Source of the DNA: a bacterium | GTDB taxonomy: Bacteria > Elusimicrobiota > Elusimicrobia > Elusimicrobiales > UBA9959 | Length of the DNA: 64,000 nucleotides | Assembly: GCA_021811315.1 (NCBI GenBank) | Contig: JAJZPF010000005.1 | Coordinates: 5,543 to 69,542, forward strand | Direction of reading: 5' to 3' | Shown here: one piece after another, positions 40,171 through 49,636 of the stretch | Position numbering within the stretch: position 1 is the stretch's first letter | Layout of the letters: the number at the start of each line of letters is the position of its first letter | Translations under genes and position numbers: made by a program | Notes under the pieces: generated by a model | The model's input: only the letters and a program-made list of their open reading frames with translations | Database searches by the model: none | Told to the model about the DNA's origin: nothing

Positions 40171-41067
40171 ATGCGCATCACGGTGGGAATCAAATCCCTG
40201 AAGGAAGCGGATTATTTCCTGCACAACGGCGCTGACGAGATCTATTTCAGCCTGAAATCGGTGCCGGGCCACCGCTCCGCCGCTTTTTCCAACGAAAAAG
40301 AGCTCCTCGATTCCATCAAGCTCGCCCTCAAGCTCCGCAAAAGCACCATGCTGGGCATGAACGCCGTCTACCCGAGGGAAAAATACCCCGTCCTCCTGAA
40401 GCATGCGCGCCGCATGATGGACCACGGCCTCGACGGCGTCATCGTGCGCGACCCGGCGCTCCTGGAGTATTTCAACGAAAAGAACTTCCGCCCCTTCTTC
40501 GTCTCCAGCATACTGTCCGCCTGCTTCAACTCCCAGGCAATGGAATTTTACCAGGACCTGGGCATACGCCGCTTCACCTTCCACAGCCAGATCCTGCCCG
40601 AAGACCTCGCTATGATGCTGAAAGGCGCCGCCAAGACCGAAACCGTGGTCTTCGCCCCCTGCATTTTCCTCGCCGCCAACATCGTGCCCTACTGCCTCTG
40701 CCCCTACCCGGAGTCGAAGGACCCCGGCGGCGCGGCCCTCCCGGACCACGCCTGCACCCTCAGGTACAAATGCGGCGAACAGGATTTCCGCATGCTGGAT
40801 TCGAACCTGTATATGCAGGCGGGGATGTTCTACGATTTTTACAAGATGGGCGTGCAATGGCTCAAAGTCCCGAGGCAGCTCAACACCCCGAAACTGATAG
40901 CCGATTTCAAGGTCACCTGCTACCTGAACGAGCTCCTCGGAAAAGGCGTGGACAGGAAAGCTTTTACCGCGGCGGTGGCGGAGCTCGTACAGCGCGTGGA
41001 CATGAATAAATATGGAAAAAGCTATCATTTTAAGCCCTTCCCGGATATGCCGGCCCGGGGCGCTTAA
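40171..41067 (+). CDS. Peptidase U32 family protein (UbiU/RlhA-like), copy 1
   Basis: GADEIYF, DGVIVRD, SS..ACFNS, GIRRF, C-terminal Cys cluster, LKV.R. Confidence 0.78.
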   Translation: MRITVGIKSLKEADYFLHNGADEIYFSLKSVPGHRSAAFSNEKELLDSIKLALKLRKSTMLGMNAVYPREKYPVLLKHARRMMDHGLDGVIVRDPALLEYFNEKNFRPFFVSSILSACFNSQAMEFYQDLGIRRFTFHSQILPEDLAMMLKGAAKTETVVFAPCIFLAANIVPYCLCPYPESKDPGGAALPDHACTLRYKCGEQDFRMLDSNLYMQAGMFYDFYKMGVQWLKVPRQLNTPKLIADFKVTCYLNELLGKGVDRKAFTAAVAELVQRVDMNKYGKSYHFKPFPDMPARGA

Positions 41068-41830
41068 ACTCATAAACGGCGCGACGGTCTACCTGGGTGA
41101 CGAGTTCTGCGCCCATAAACAGCCCTCTTTCAGGGACTTCGCCGCCGCCAGGGAACTGACAGGCAGGAACCCGGTCCTGGTGAGCTCGCTTCTGACCGAG
41201 CCGTTCCTGAAGAAATATATCGCGCTTCTCTCGGAGTGCGCTAAAAAAGCCCCGGGCACCGAAATAGTGGTAAACGACCTCGGCCTGCTGAATTTCATCG
41301 ACAAGAATTACCGCGGCGTGTTCAGCATCACCCTGGGCCGCCTGATCACCTACCTGTTCGACCCGAAGAACACGCGCGTCCTGGGTTCCAGATCCGACCA
41401 GGGCCTGGCGGGGAAAAAGATGAAGGTCTGGGAAGCCACTCTCGAGGCCACCCCCACGCCCTACATCAAGAGGTTCCTCAAGCGCTACCTGGTGGAGCGG
41501 ATAGAGACCGACAGCGAGCGCATCTTCCGCAAGTACGCCAAGAACACGAAGGTGAAGATCTCTTTTTATTCCCCCATGCGCCTTATGGCCATGACCCGGT
41601 TCTGCCCGTTCAGGGGCGGGATGGCGCTTGAGTGCAAGGAGCCGTGCGGAACCCGCCTTTTGAAGATAAAGACCCCCCATCTGGATTACCCCCTCTTCTC
41701 CAAAGGGAACGCTTATTTCGTCAAGAACAGGCCCGTGAAGCACCCCAGGCTGGACCGCACGGTCACCATTCCTTACATGAGCAGCACGGGCCTCAAGGTG
41801 TATATGAACGAAGGTTCCCTGCGCGGCTAA
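41012..41830 (+). CDS. UbiV-like U32 partner protein, copy 1
   Basis: VYLGDEFC, VVNDLG, LGRL, TRFC...CKEPC, KGN. Confidence 0.65.
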   Translation: MEKAIILSPSRICRPGALKLINGATVYLGDEFCAHKQPSFRDFAAARELTGRNPVLVSSLLTEPFLKKYIALLSECAKKAPGTEIVVNDLGLLNFIDKNYRGVFSITLGRLITYLFDPKNTRVLGSRSDQGLAGKKMKVWEATLEATPTPYIKRFLKRYLVERIETDSERIFRKYAKNTKVKISFYSPMRLMAMTRFCPFRGGMALECKEPCGTRLLKIKTPHLDYPLFSKGNAYFVKNRPVKHPRLDRTVTIPYMSSTGLKVYMNEGSLRG

Positions 41831-41853
41831 GGACCCGGGCGGCGCCCGCTGTT

Positions 41854-42729
41854 ATGAAGATCACAATAGGCATCAAATCACTGGCAGAGGCGGATTATTT
41901 CCTGCGCCGCGGCGCCGACGAGATCTACTTCGGCCCGGCGGTGCCCAGCCACCGCGCGTCTTTTTCAAAAGAGCGCGAGCTCATCGCCACCATCGAACTG
42001 GCCGGGAAATTACGCAAGAAATCCCTCCTGGCGCTCAACGAGATCTATTCGGAAGAACACCACGCCTTCCTCCTGGACCACGCCCGCAGCCTTATCGCCA
42101 GCGGCCTGGACGGCATCGTGGTGCGCGACGTCGCGCTGCTCGAACATTTCAATAAACACAAGCTCCGCACCAATTTCACCTCCAGCATAATGTGCTCCTG
42201 TTTCAATTCCCACTCAATGGATTTTTACAGGGACCTGGGCGTGCGCCGGTTCACGCTTCACAGCCAGGTCATGCCTGAGGACGCGGCCAGGATGGTCGCC
42301 AGGGCCGAGACCATAATGTTCGTGCCCTGCCTCTTCCTCGAGGAAAACATAGTGCCCTTCTGCTTTTTCACCTACCCGGGCGGGCCGGGCGCCTCCAAGC
42401 TTAAAGTGCGCCCCTGCAAGATAGGGTTCAAATGCGGCGGCCGGGATTTCCGGATGCTGGAGTCGAACCTTTATTTCCAGGCCGGCCTGCTGTACGACTT
42501 CCACAAGCTGGGAGTTAAATGGCTGAAGATCCCGCGGCAGCTCAACACGCGCAAGCTTATAACCGAATTCGAAATAACCCGTTTCCTGAACGTCCTCCTG
42601 CAAAGAGGGCTGGACAGGAACGCTTTCATTAACGCGGTAGCGGAACTCATAACGAGGACAGACCTGAATAAATATGGATCGAGCTATCTTATTAAGCCCG
42701 ACGCTGATCTCAGGGCGCGGCACGCCTGA
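41854..42729 (+). CDS. Peptidase U32 family protein, copy 2 (start reassigned to MKITIG)
   Basis: Collinear paralog of 40171-41067. Confidence 0.78.
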   Translation: MKITIGIKSLAEADYFLRRGADEIYFGPAVPSHRASFSKERELIATIELAGKLRKKSLLALNEIYSEEHHAFLLDHARSLIASGLDGIVVRDVALLEHFNKHKLRTNFTSSIMCSCFNSHSMDFYRDLGVRRFTLHSQVMPEDAARMVARAETIMFVPCLFLEENIVPFCFFTYPGGPGASKLKVRPCKIGFKCGGRDFRMLESNLYFQAGLLYDFHKLGVKWLKIPRQLNTRKLITEFEITRFLNVLLQRGLDRNAFINAVAELITRTDLNKYGSSYLIKPDADLRARHA

Positions 42730-43552
42730 GCTCGTAAAGAACGCGACGGTCTACCTGGGGGACGAATTCTGCATTCACAAGCAGCCCTCCTTCCGGGACT
42801 TCGCCGCCGTCAGGAAGCTGTCCGGCAGAAACCCGGTGCTTCTGGGCACGCTTTTGACCGAGCCCGCTTTTGACCGCTGGGCCCTGCTGCTGGCGGAATG
42901 CGCGAAAAAGGCGCCGGGCGCCGAGGTGGTGGTCAACGACGTCGGCCTGCTGCGCTTTATCGACGGGAACTACCGCGGCAGGTTCAAGCTCGCGCTGGGG
43001 CGCCTGATGACCTATTTCTTCGACACCAAGCACACGCGCCTTCCCGGCTGCACCAGGCCGCTCTTATGGACCGGCGAAGCTTCCGCCCCCGCGGCGCGTA
43101 AAGCGGACCTGGAGGCGGAGGAAAAAAGCCGGAAGTCCTGGGAGGACGGGCTCGACCTTACGCCCATAGCCTATATCAGGGAATTTTTAAAGCGCTACGC
43201 CATTGAGCGGGTGGAGACCGACAGCGAATATCTTTTCAAGAAATACTCCGACGGCACGGATATGAAAATATCCTACTATTATCCGCTGCGCCTGATGGCC
43301 ATGACCCGGTTCTGCCCTTTCGTCGGCGGCATCGTCCAGAAGTGCAAAGCGCCGTGCGGGACCAGCCTGGTGAGGCTCGAGACCCGGCAGCTCGATTACC
43401 GGCTTTTCTCAAAAGGCAACGCCTATTTCGCGAAGAACAAACTTTTCAAGCACCCCCGGCTGGACCGCCTGGTCGTGATGCCCCTCGCTAAAAGCCCCGG
43501 CTTCAACCCGCTCCCGAACAAATACTCCAGCCCGGACAGGCCCCGCGCTTAA
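42674..43552 (+). CDS. UbiV-like U32 partner protein, copy 2
   Basis: Collinear paralog of 41012-41830 (VYLGDEFC, RLMAMTRFCPF). Confidence 0.65.
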   Translation: MDRAILLSPTLISGRGTPELVKNATVYLGDEFCIHKQPSFRDFAAVRKLSGRNPVLLGTLLTEPAFDRWALLLAECAKKAPGAEVVVNDVGLLRFIDGNYRGRFKLALGRLMTYFFDTKHTRLPGCTRPLLWTGEASAPAARKADLEAEEKSRKSWEDGLDLTPIAYIREFLKRYAIERVETDSEYLFKKYSDGTDMKISYYYPLRLMAMTRFCPFVGGIVQKCKAPCGTSLVRLETRQLDYRLFSKGNAYFAKNKLFKHPRLDRLVVMPLAKSPGFNPLPNKYSSPDRPRA

Positions 43553-43556
43553 TTAT

Positions 43557-45332
43557 ATGGCCCTCATCAAAAAACAGCAGCGGGTGGCGCTGGTCTACCC
43601 CCCGGGGGAACAGAAGATCTCTGAGCCCATCCCGCCGCCCAACATGACCATAGCCGTCCTGGCCGACGCGCTCGCCGGGAACGGCTGCGAAGTCTTCCAG
43701 ATCGACGCGGAAAAAGAATGGTTCGACAGGATACAGTTCCTGTTCAGCGCCAGGCAGACCGAGCTTCTCTTCGACAAGGACGGCGTGGACGCCTTCGTAA
43801 AGGGCAAGGCCCCGGCCAGGCTCGCCGCGGAATACGAGCGCCTCTCCGCGCTCCTGCTCGGGGAGCTGGGGCTGCCTTCCGTGGACTTCGTCGGGATAAC
43901 GCTCGTGGATATGCGGGCCGAGCCCCTGATCATCAATTTCTCCGCCCTGCTGGCGCTCGCCGTCAAGAAGAAGTTCAAGGCCCGCACGGCAATAGGCTAC
44001 AGGGGCATGCCGAAAGAGGGCTATTTCTACCTGCTCAGGAAATACCCCTGTTTCGATTACGGCGTCTACGCCCGCTGGGGCGAGAAAGCCCTGCTCGAGA
44101 TCCTGAAGGACGCCGCCGGCGAAAGTTCGGCCATGATAGGCACCGTCGCCAGGAAAGGCGCCAGGCTGCGCAACTATCCCGACGGGGCCGCGCGGAGGCC
44201 CAGGGTCCCGCACCCCAGGTACGACGACCGGATACTCGAAAAGTACAAGGCTTACGACGGCGACATCCTCTCGAAGTACAACCCGGACGCCTCCTTCGCA
44301 AAGGACCTCGTCAAAAGGGACAAGCGCTACCTGGTCACCCCCTACGCCTTCGAACTTACCTGCACCGGCGCCTGCGCCTTTTGCGACAACGACAACCGCG
44401 TGCCCACCGACATGAAGTCGGTGGACCAGGTGATAGACGAGCTTTCGGAGCTTAAAGAGAAAGGGGCGACCGGGATCTACTTCATCAATTCCTCCTTCAA
44501 CAACCACTACCGGCAGGCGGAAGAGCTTTGCGAGAAGATGATAAAGCACAGGCTGGGCCTGAAATGGTTCGACTGCGCGAACCTGCGGATCATGGACGAG
44601 CCCCTGCTCGACAAAATGAAAGCCGCCGGCGCCGTGAAGCTGACCTTCGGCGTGGAGACGGGCAGCCAGCGGCTGATGAACTACGTCAACAAAGGCACCA
44701 CGGTGGAAAAAGCCGCCAGGTATCTTGAATACTCGGACAAGATAGGCATCTGGAACCATATCGAGCTGATCGCCGGGTTTCCCACCGAAACGGAGAAAGA
44801 CCTCCAGGACACGCTGGCCCTGATAGACAGGATAAAGGACTCCGTGGACCTGTACACGCTCAATCCTTTTTATTTTTACCCTAACTCCAGGTTTTACCGC
44901 GAGCCCCGGAAATTCGGCATCAGGATCCTGCCGGCGCCGCCCATGCAGCTCCTGAACTTCTTCTACCCTATCTACCGGATCGTGCAGCAGTACTCGCTGA
45001 AGTTCGACGAGATCGGCGGCCTGCCCTGGAAGGAAAAGAACGAGCAGATAGTCAGGTCCGTGACGGCCCTCTCGGAAAAGATCCGGAGCATCGCCACTTT
45101 CAGGGCCATCGGCAACGAGCACGTCTACCTGCTCAACTGCCTTTACGACAAGCTCGGGCACGGCCGCAAGCCCCTCATAAGGAAAATGGTGAAGGTCCTG
45201 ACCACGAAGTTCAAGCCTTACAACCTCAATTTCTTCATGGACGATTTCAGGACCAGTTTCAGCAAAGATAAAGATCCGCGCATATTCCTGCCCTTAAAGG
45301 ACACGCCTTTTCTCGGGGAAGAGCTCCCATGA
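43557..45332 (+). CDS. Radical SAM protein with divergent probable B12-binding-like N-terminus
   Basis: LVYPP..PPP, WGE, CTGACAFC, FGVETGS, GFPTET. Confidence 0.82.
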   Translation: MALIKKQQRVALVYPPGEQKISEPIPPPNMTIAVLADALAGNGCEVFQIDAEKEWFDRIQFLFSARQTELLFDKDGVDAFVKGKAPARLAAEYERLSALLLGELGLPSVDFVGITLVDMRAEPLIINFSALLALAVKKKFKARTAIGYRGMPKEGYFYLLRKYPCFDYGVYARWGEKALLEILKDAAGESSAMIGTVARKGARLRNYPDGAARRPRVPHPRYDDRILEKYKAYDGDILSKYNPDASFAKDLVKRDKRYLVTPYAFELTCTGACAFCDNDNRVPTDMKSVDQVIDELSELKEKGATGIYFINSSFNNHYRQAEELCEKMIKHRLGLKWFDCANLRIMDEPLLDKMKAAGAVKLTFGVETGSQRLMNYVNKGTTVEKAARYLEYSDKIGIWNHIELIAGFPTETEKDLQDTLALIDRIKDSVDLYTLNPFYFYPNSRFYREPRKFGIRILPAPPMQLLNFFYPIYRIVQQYSLKFDEIGGLPWKEKNEQIVRSVTALSEKIRSIATFRAIGNEHVYLLNCLYDKLGHGRKPLIRKMVKVLTTKFKPYNLNFFMDDFRTSFSKDKDPRIFLPLKDTPFLGEELP

Positions 45333-45531
45333 CCGGGAACGAACCCGCGGCCATACCTGACCTGCCGGCCACGCTCTCTTTCCCGGACCGGGAATCCGGC
45401 CGCAAGCCGCCCGCGCCCGTTCCTTTTCACAAGCGGGCCGCGCAATACTACAATATAGAGAGCGCGCCGGTTAAAGCCGGGGAACCGGCGGAGAATTTTG
45501 CGCGGACGCCGGTACGGGACAGCCTAAAGCA

Positions 45532-46683
45532 ATGAAGAAACGGGACTGCTGCGAGATAATACTTAACCACGCCTGCGACCTGGGCTGCGCCTTCTGCTCT
45601 CAGGCCGACTTCGACCCTTCCGCCCTGATGAAGCCGGGCGAGGCGGTGCGGCATATCTACCGGGCCAAAAAAGAAGGCTTCAGCCGCCTTGGCTTCTCCG
45701 GCGGCGAAGCGCTGCTGCGCCGGGACCTGCCGCAGCTTGTGAAAGCCGCGCGGGAAGTCGGCTTCAAAGCGGTGCGCCTCCAGACCAACGGCCTGCGCCT
45801 CGCCTCGATGGCGGCCGCGGAAAAACTGGTTCGGGCCGGCCTCACCGTCTGCAAATTCACTTTCGCAAGCCATATCCCCAAGGTGCACGACCGCCTCGTC
45901 GGGAAGCCTGAAGCCTTCAAAAAAAGCCTGGCCGGGCTCTCGAACATGCTGAAACTTAAAGCGGCCGTCGGGGTGAACCTGCTGGTCACCAAGGCTACTT
46001 ACCGGGCCCTCCCGGAAACGCTGAAGTTCTTCATGGCTAAAGGCGTTTCGAATTTCGTGCTTATCTACCCGATACATACAGGGGCCATGGCCCGCTCCCC
46101 GGCGCTGCGGATCAGCCTTCCGGCGGCAGCGCCTTATATCGCCAAAGCCCTGCGCCTCGCCGCCGCTTCCGGCCTTGGCCGCGAGGTAAAGGCGCTGAAC
46201 GTCCCGCCCTGCCTGCTACCGGGCTTCGAGAACATGGCCTCGGGCCTTTACCGCTTCAATACCGTGGTGGTTGCCGCCGACGGAGAGGCTCGCGACCTCG
46301 ATTCCTCGGTGGCCGCGGCCAGGCGGCAGGGGCCGCCCTGCGCGCGCTGCTTCTTTAAAAAGACCTGCCGCGGCGTCGACCATAACTACCTGGCAATTTT
46401 CGGCTGGAAGGGTATTTCGCCCGTCAAAAGAAAACCCGGCCCCGCCCGCCTGGCCTCCGGCCCGTTCTTTACGAACAGCGAGAAATGCTTCCTGGAACTC
46501 CTGCGCGGCGGAAAAGCGCGCGCAACTGCCGAACTCCTGCGGGCGGCCAAAAGCGTACCGCTCTGCTATGATTGCTCCGATGGTTCGAATGTAATGACCA
46601 CGGGGACGGCGCTGATAAAAAAAGGGCTGGTGACCCGCGCTTTGCGCGGCGGAATTTATTTTTGGAGCCTTAAGCATGCTTGA
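45532..46683 (+). CDS. HxsC-related radical SAM protein with C-terminal extension
   Basis: CDLGCAFC, SGGEA, QTNG, VPPCLL...CARCFFKKTCRG, tail with CYDC. Confidence 0.82.
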   Translation: MKKRDCCEIILNHACDLGCAFCSQADFDPSALMKPGEAVRHIYRAKKEGFSRLGFSGGEALLRRDLPQLVKAAREVGFKAVRLQTNGLRLASMAAAEKLVRAGLTVCKFTFASHIPKVHDRLVGKPEAFKKSLAGLSNMLKLKAAVGVNLLVTKATYRALPETLKFFMAKGVSNFVLIYPIHTGAMARSPALRISLPAAAPYIAKALRLAAASGLGREVKALNVPPCLLPGFENMASGLYRFNTVVVAADGEARDLDSSVAAARRQGPPCARCFFKKTCRGVDHNYLAIFGWKGISPVKRKPGPARLASGPFFTNSEKCFLELLRGGKARATAELLRAAKSVPLCYDCSDGSNVMTTGTALIKKGLVTRALRGGIYFWSLKHA

Positions 46684-47977
46684 AGAACTCCTCCGGGCCG
46701 CCGGTGAAAGCGGCCTTGAACTGGACGTGGACCGGCGCGCCCGGGAATTTAAAATCGCGTTTAAACCCGGCGCGGCCCCGGGCAAAGCGCGCCCCGTAGT
46801 TTATCCGCTCCTGGCCGCGCTGGAGGATAATTTCCTGGTAACGGTAAGCGGGGCGCCGGCCTGCCTGATGCCCGACGCCTTCGAGCATTTTAGCTGGCCG
46901 CTGGGGGCGAAGGGCCCTTTCAGGCGCGTTAAAGCCTGCCGCCTCTGCGCCCTCAGCGGGCGCTGCCCCGGGGTGAACCTGGCCTGGACCAAGGCAGCCG
47001 GGCTTTTAAACCCGGTGCTTCCGGCCCCGGCTGAACTCGTGATAGAACTGAACAAGAACTGCAATTTGGCCTGCAGGGCCTGCTTCGGACGCGGCGGCGA
47101 GGAACTCCCTCTGAAAACTGCGGAGAAAGCCCTGCGCGAGGCCGCCGCGCTGGGCGTGAAAAGCGCGCGCTTCACCGGCGGCGAGCCGCTGCTATACCCC
47201 GGCCTTGAAAAATTGCTGCGCCTCGCGCGAAAGCTGGGATTTTACACGCTGCTGAACACCAACGCCGTATTGTTCTCCCCGGCCGTCGCCCGCCGCCTCA
47301 AAGGGCTCGTCGACAACGCGCTGGTCTCGCTGCCCGGCGTGGATGAAGCGGGGCACGCGGCCGGCTCCGGGATGGCCGGGCAGTTCGGCCGGAAGACGGC
47401 GGCAATAAAGCGGCTGCGCTCTTCGGGAGTAAAAGTTTTAAGGGCAGGCACGGTCGTTTCAAAGCCGCTTTTAAACGATTTCAGCCGCTGGCATAAAGCC
47501 GTACGCCGGCTCGGCTTCGACATCTGGGAACTTTACAGGCCGATGATGACCGGCAAGGCCCTGGCCGCCGCCGCGGAATTCAAGATTTCCAGGAACGATC
47601 TTATAAACCTGGCGAAAAGAACAGCGGCCCTGGAACCAGGGCGGCCCAGGACCGTACTTGCCAACCCCGTACCGTACTGCGCAATTCCGGCGGCGGCCAG
47701 GCCCTTCGCCCTCGGGGCCCGCTTCGACGACGGCTGGACCAGGCTGGTGCTGGACGCTTCCGGGGTTTACAAACCCAGTTATCCCTCGGCGCAATTCCTC
47801 GGCAAAACGCTGGCCGGCGCCTGGGCGCACCCTTTCCTTAAAAAGACGCGGGCGGCGGCCTGGCTCCCGGCGAAGTGCCGCCGCTGCGGCATGCTTTCAG
47901 CCTGCCTTGGCGGCAGCCGCTTCCAGGCCGAAGCCGCCGGCGATATTTTCGGCGCCGACCCGTGGATGGCAGGATGA
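46676..47977 (+). CDS. Radical SAM/SPASM protein with extra N-terminal Cys domain
   Basis: APACLM..CRLCALSGRCPG, then CNLACRAC, TGGEP, NTN, CRRCGMLSACLGGSR. Confidence 0.85.
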   Translation: MLEELLRAAGESGLELDVDRRAREFKIAFKPGAAPGKARPVVYPLLAALEDNFLVTVSGAPACLMPDAFEHFSWPLGAKGPFRRVKACRLCALSGRCPGVNLAWTKAAGLLNPVLPAPAELVIELNKNCNLACRACFGRGGEELPLKTAEKALREAAALGVKSARFTGGEPLLYPGLEKLLRLARKLGFYTLLNTNAVLFSPAVARRLKGLVDNALVSLPGVDEAGHAAGSGMAGQFGRKTAAIKRLRSSGVKVLRAGTVVSKPLLNDFSRWHKAVRRLGFDIWELYRPMMTGKALAAAAEFKISRNDLINLAKRTAALEPGRPRTVLANPVPYCAIPAAARPFALGARFDDGWTRLVLDASGVYKPSYPSAQFLGKTLAGAWAHPFLKKTRAAAWLPAKCRRCGMLSACLGGSRFQAEAAGDIFGADPWMAG

Positions 47978-48693
47978 AAATATTTTTCCTGCGCTGCGAC
48001 GACGTAACGAAACCCGATAAGGCTTTCCTGCGTATTTACGGACCGCTCAGGGCTGCCGGGCTGCCGGTTTCCTGCGCCGTTATCCCCGCCCGGGCCGGGC
48101 AGGCGCTGGCCGCCTTCTTCCGCGCCGAAACCGCCGCCGGCGCCCGCCTCGAAGCCTTGCAGCACGGCCTCAGCCACGCCGAACATTCCGGCAACAGGTA
48201 CCTCAAGCAGGAATTCGGCCCTTCGCGCTCTTATAAAGAGCAGCGGGCCGATATAGCCGCTGGAAAGAAGCTGATGAAAAAGCTGTTCGGGAAAATTTCA
48301 AAGCCGGTTTTTGTGCCGCCGTTCCACATTTACAATTCGGACACGCTTAAAGCCCTGGCAGCGCTCGGATTCAAGGCGGTCTCCGCCAGCCGGCGGCTGA
48401 AGGAGCCAATGCCGCGGGGCCTGGCTTTCCTGGGCACCAGGGTTACGGTAAACGAATATGACCTGGAACTAAAGCCCCGCCCGCTTTTTTTGAGCCGGTT
48501 GAAATCACGGACCCTGGCGGCCATAAAAGAGGGCGGCGCCCCCTCCGGCATCTATTTCCACCACGACGATATCAGGGGGAAGGACTTTGAAATTTTCTCG
48601 GGGTATATCTCTTTCCTGAAAGAGCTGGAAAACCGCGGGCTGGCCCGCTTTGTCCCGGCTTCCGAACTTATTAAAAAACCCTCTCGATCTTAA
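47974..48693 (+). CDS. Polysaccharide deacetylase-like (NodB/DUF2334-type) protein
   Basis: LRCDD, AVIP, QHGLSH, EFG, FVPPF, YFHH; ATGA overlap. Confidence 0.78.
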   Translation: MKIFFLRCDDVTKPDKAFLRIYGPLRAAGLPVSCAVIPARAGQALAAFFRAETAAGARLEALQHGLSHAEHSGNRYLKQEFGPSRSYKEQRADIAAGKKLMKKLFGKISKPVFVPPFHIYNSDTLKALAALGFKAVSASRRLKEPMPRGLAFLGTRVTVNEYDLELKPRPLFLSRLKSRTLAAIKEGGAPSGIYFHHDDIRGKDFEIFSGYISFLKELENRGLARFVPASELIKKPSRS

Positions 48694-49636
48694 AGCGCTG
48701 GCAGCAGCGGGCGCAGCCCTGCGGCGGCCCGGCCTTGACCAGCCGGCGCTTGACCTTCAGCACAGCCGCCCGGTCAAAGTCTTTGGCCCGGCCCGCCGCC
48801 GCGCCGTAGAGAACACAGGTCCGTACGCTCCCGTCGGGCTCCACGTTAACGGTTGAAAGCAGCCCGGGGCAGGAGCCGGCGGGCTTCAGCAGCCCGTTAT
48901 AATAGCGCTCCAACTGCGCGGGCGTAAAATCCGGCCGCAGCTCGAAGCGGGTTTTAAAAGCCCCGCGCAGCGCTTTTATTTTCTTTATCGAGGCCGCAAA
49001 CGCGCGCGCATCCAGGCGGTAGCCGTCCAGCGCCGGGGTAATTATTTCGGACGGGGAAAGCCCGGCGCGCGCGGCCTCCGCCTTTTTCACGAACTGCAGA
49101 TGCTCGAAGACGGCCCTGTCGGCGCCGGCGCGGGCCGCGTCGAGGTAAACGGCCGGCAGCAAGGCCGCGTTAGCGGCGTTAACGACGCAGTTGGTTATTA
49201 TCTCCGTTCCGGGCCTTTTAAAGTCCGCCGCCGTTTTAAGATTTGCCAGCAGTTTTTTATGCGCGCCCCTCACGCGCAGGAGGCGGTCGTGCGCGGCGGC
49301 GGGGCCGTGCAGCGAAAAAATAATATAGGCCGGCCCTAGGGCCAGCAGCTTTTTTATTTTAGCGGCGTCCAGCGCCAGGCCGTTGGTATTGACCCCCCAA
49401 TCGAAGCCGCGCGCGGACGCGTACGCCAGTATTCCGAAAATATCCTTTCGCAGAAAAGGCTCTCCCCCGCTGAAGTAGAAATGCGTGCCTGCCGGGAAGC
49501 GGCGCATGAAGGCCTTGATCTCCGCCTCCTTCATCTCCGGCCCCCGCCTGTTAAGGCGGCCCGTCTTTCCCAGGTAGCAGAAAGCGCAGGCCGCGCCGCA
49601 GCGCCAGGTAAGTTCCATCATCACGGTTTCTTTCAT
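48671..49636 (-). CDS. Radical SAM/twitch protein (start reassigned to MKETV)
   Basis: CGAACAFC, SGGEP, NTNG, C..VEPDGSVRTC..CARCC; ATGA overlap with upstream glycosyltransferase. Confidence 0.85.
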   Translation of the reverse strand: MKETVMMELTWRCGAACAFCYLGKTGRLNRRGPEMKEAEIKAFMRRFPAGTHFYFSGGEPFLRKDIFGILAYASARGFDWGVNTNGLALDAAKIKKLLALGPAYIIFSLHGPAAAHDRLLRVRGAHKKLLANLKTAADFKRPGTEIITNCVVNAANAALLPAVYLDAARAGADRAVFEHLQFVKKAEAARAGLSPSEIITPALDGYRLDARAFAASIKKIKALRGAFKTRFELRPDFTPAQLERYYNGLLKPAGSCPGLLSTVNVEPDGSVRTCVLYGAAAGRAKDFDRAAVLKVKRRLVKAGPPQGCARCCQRFKIERVF

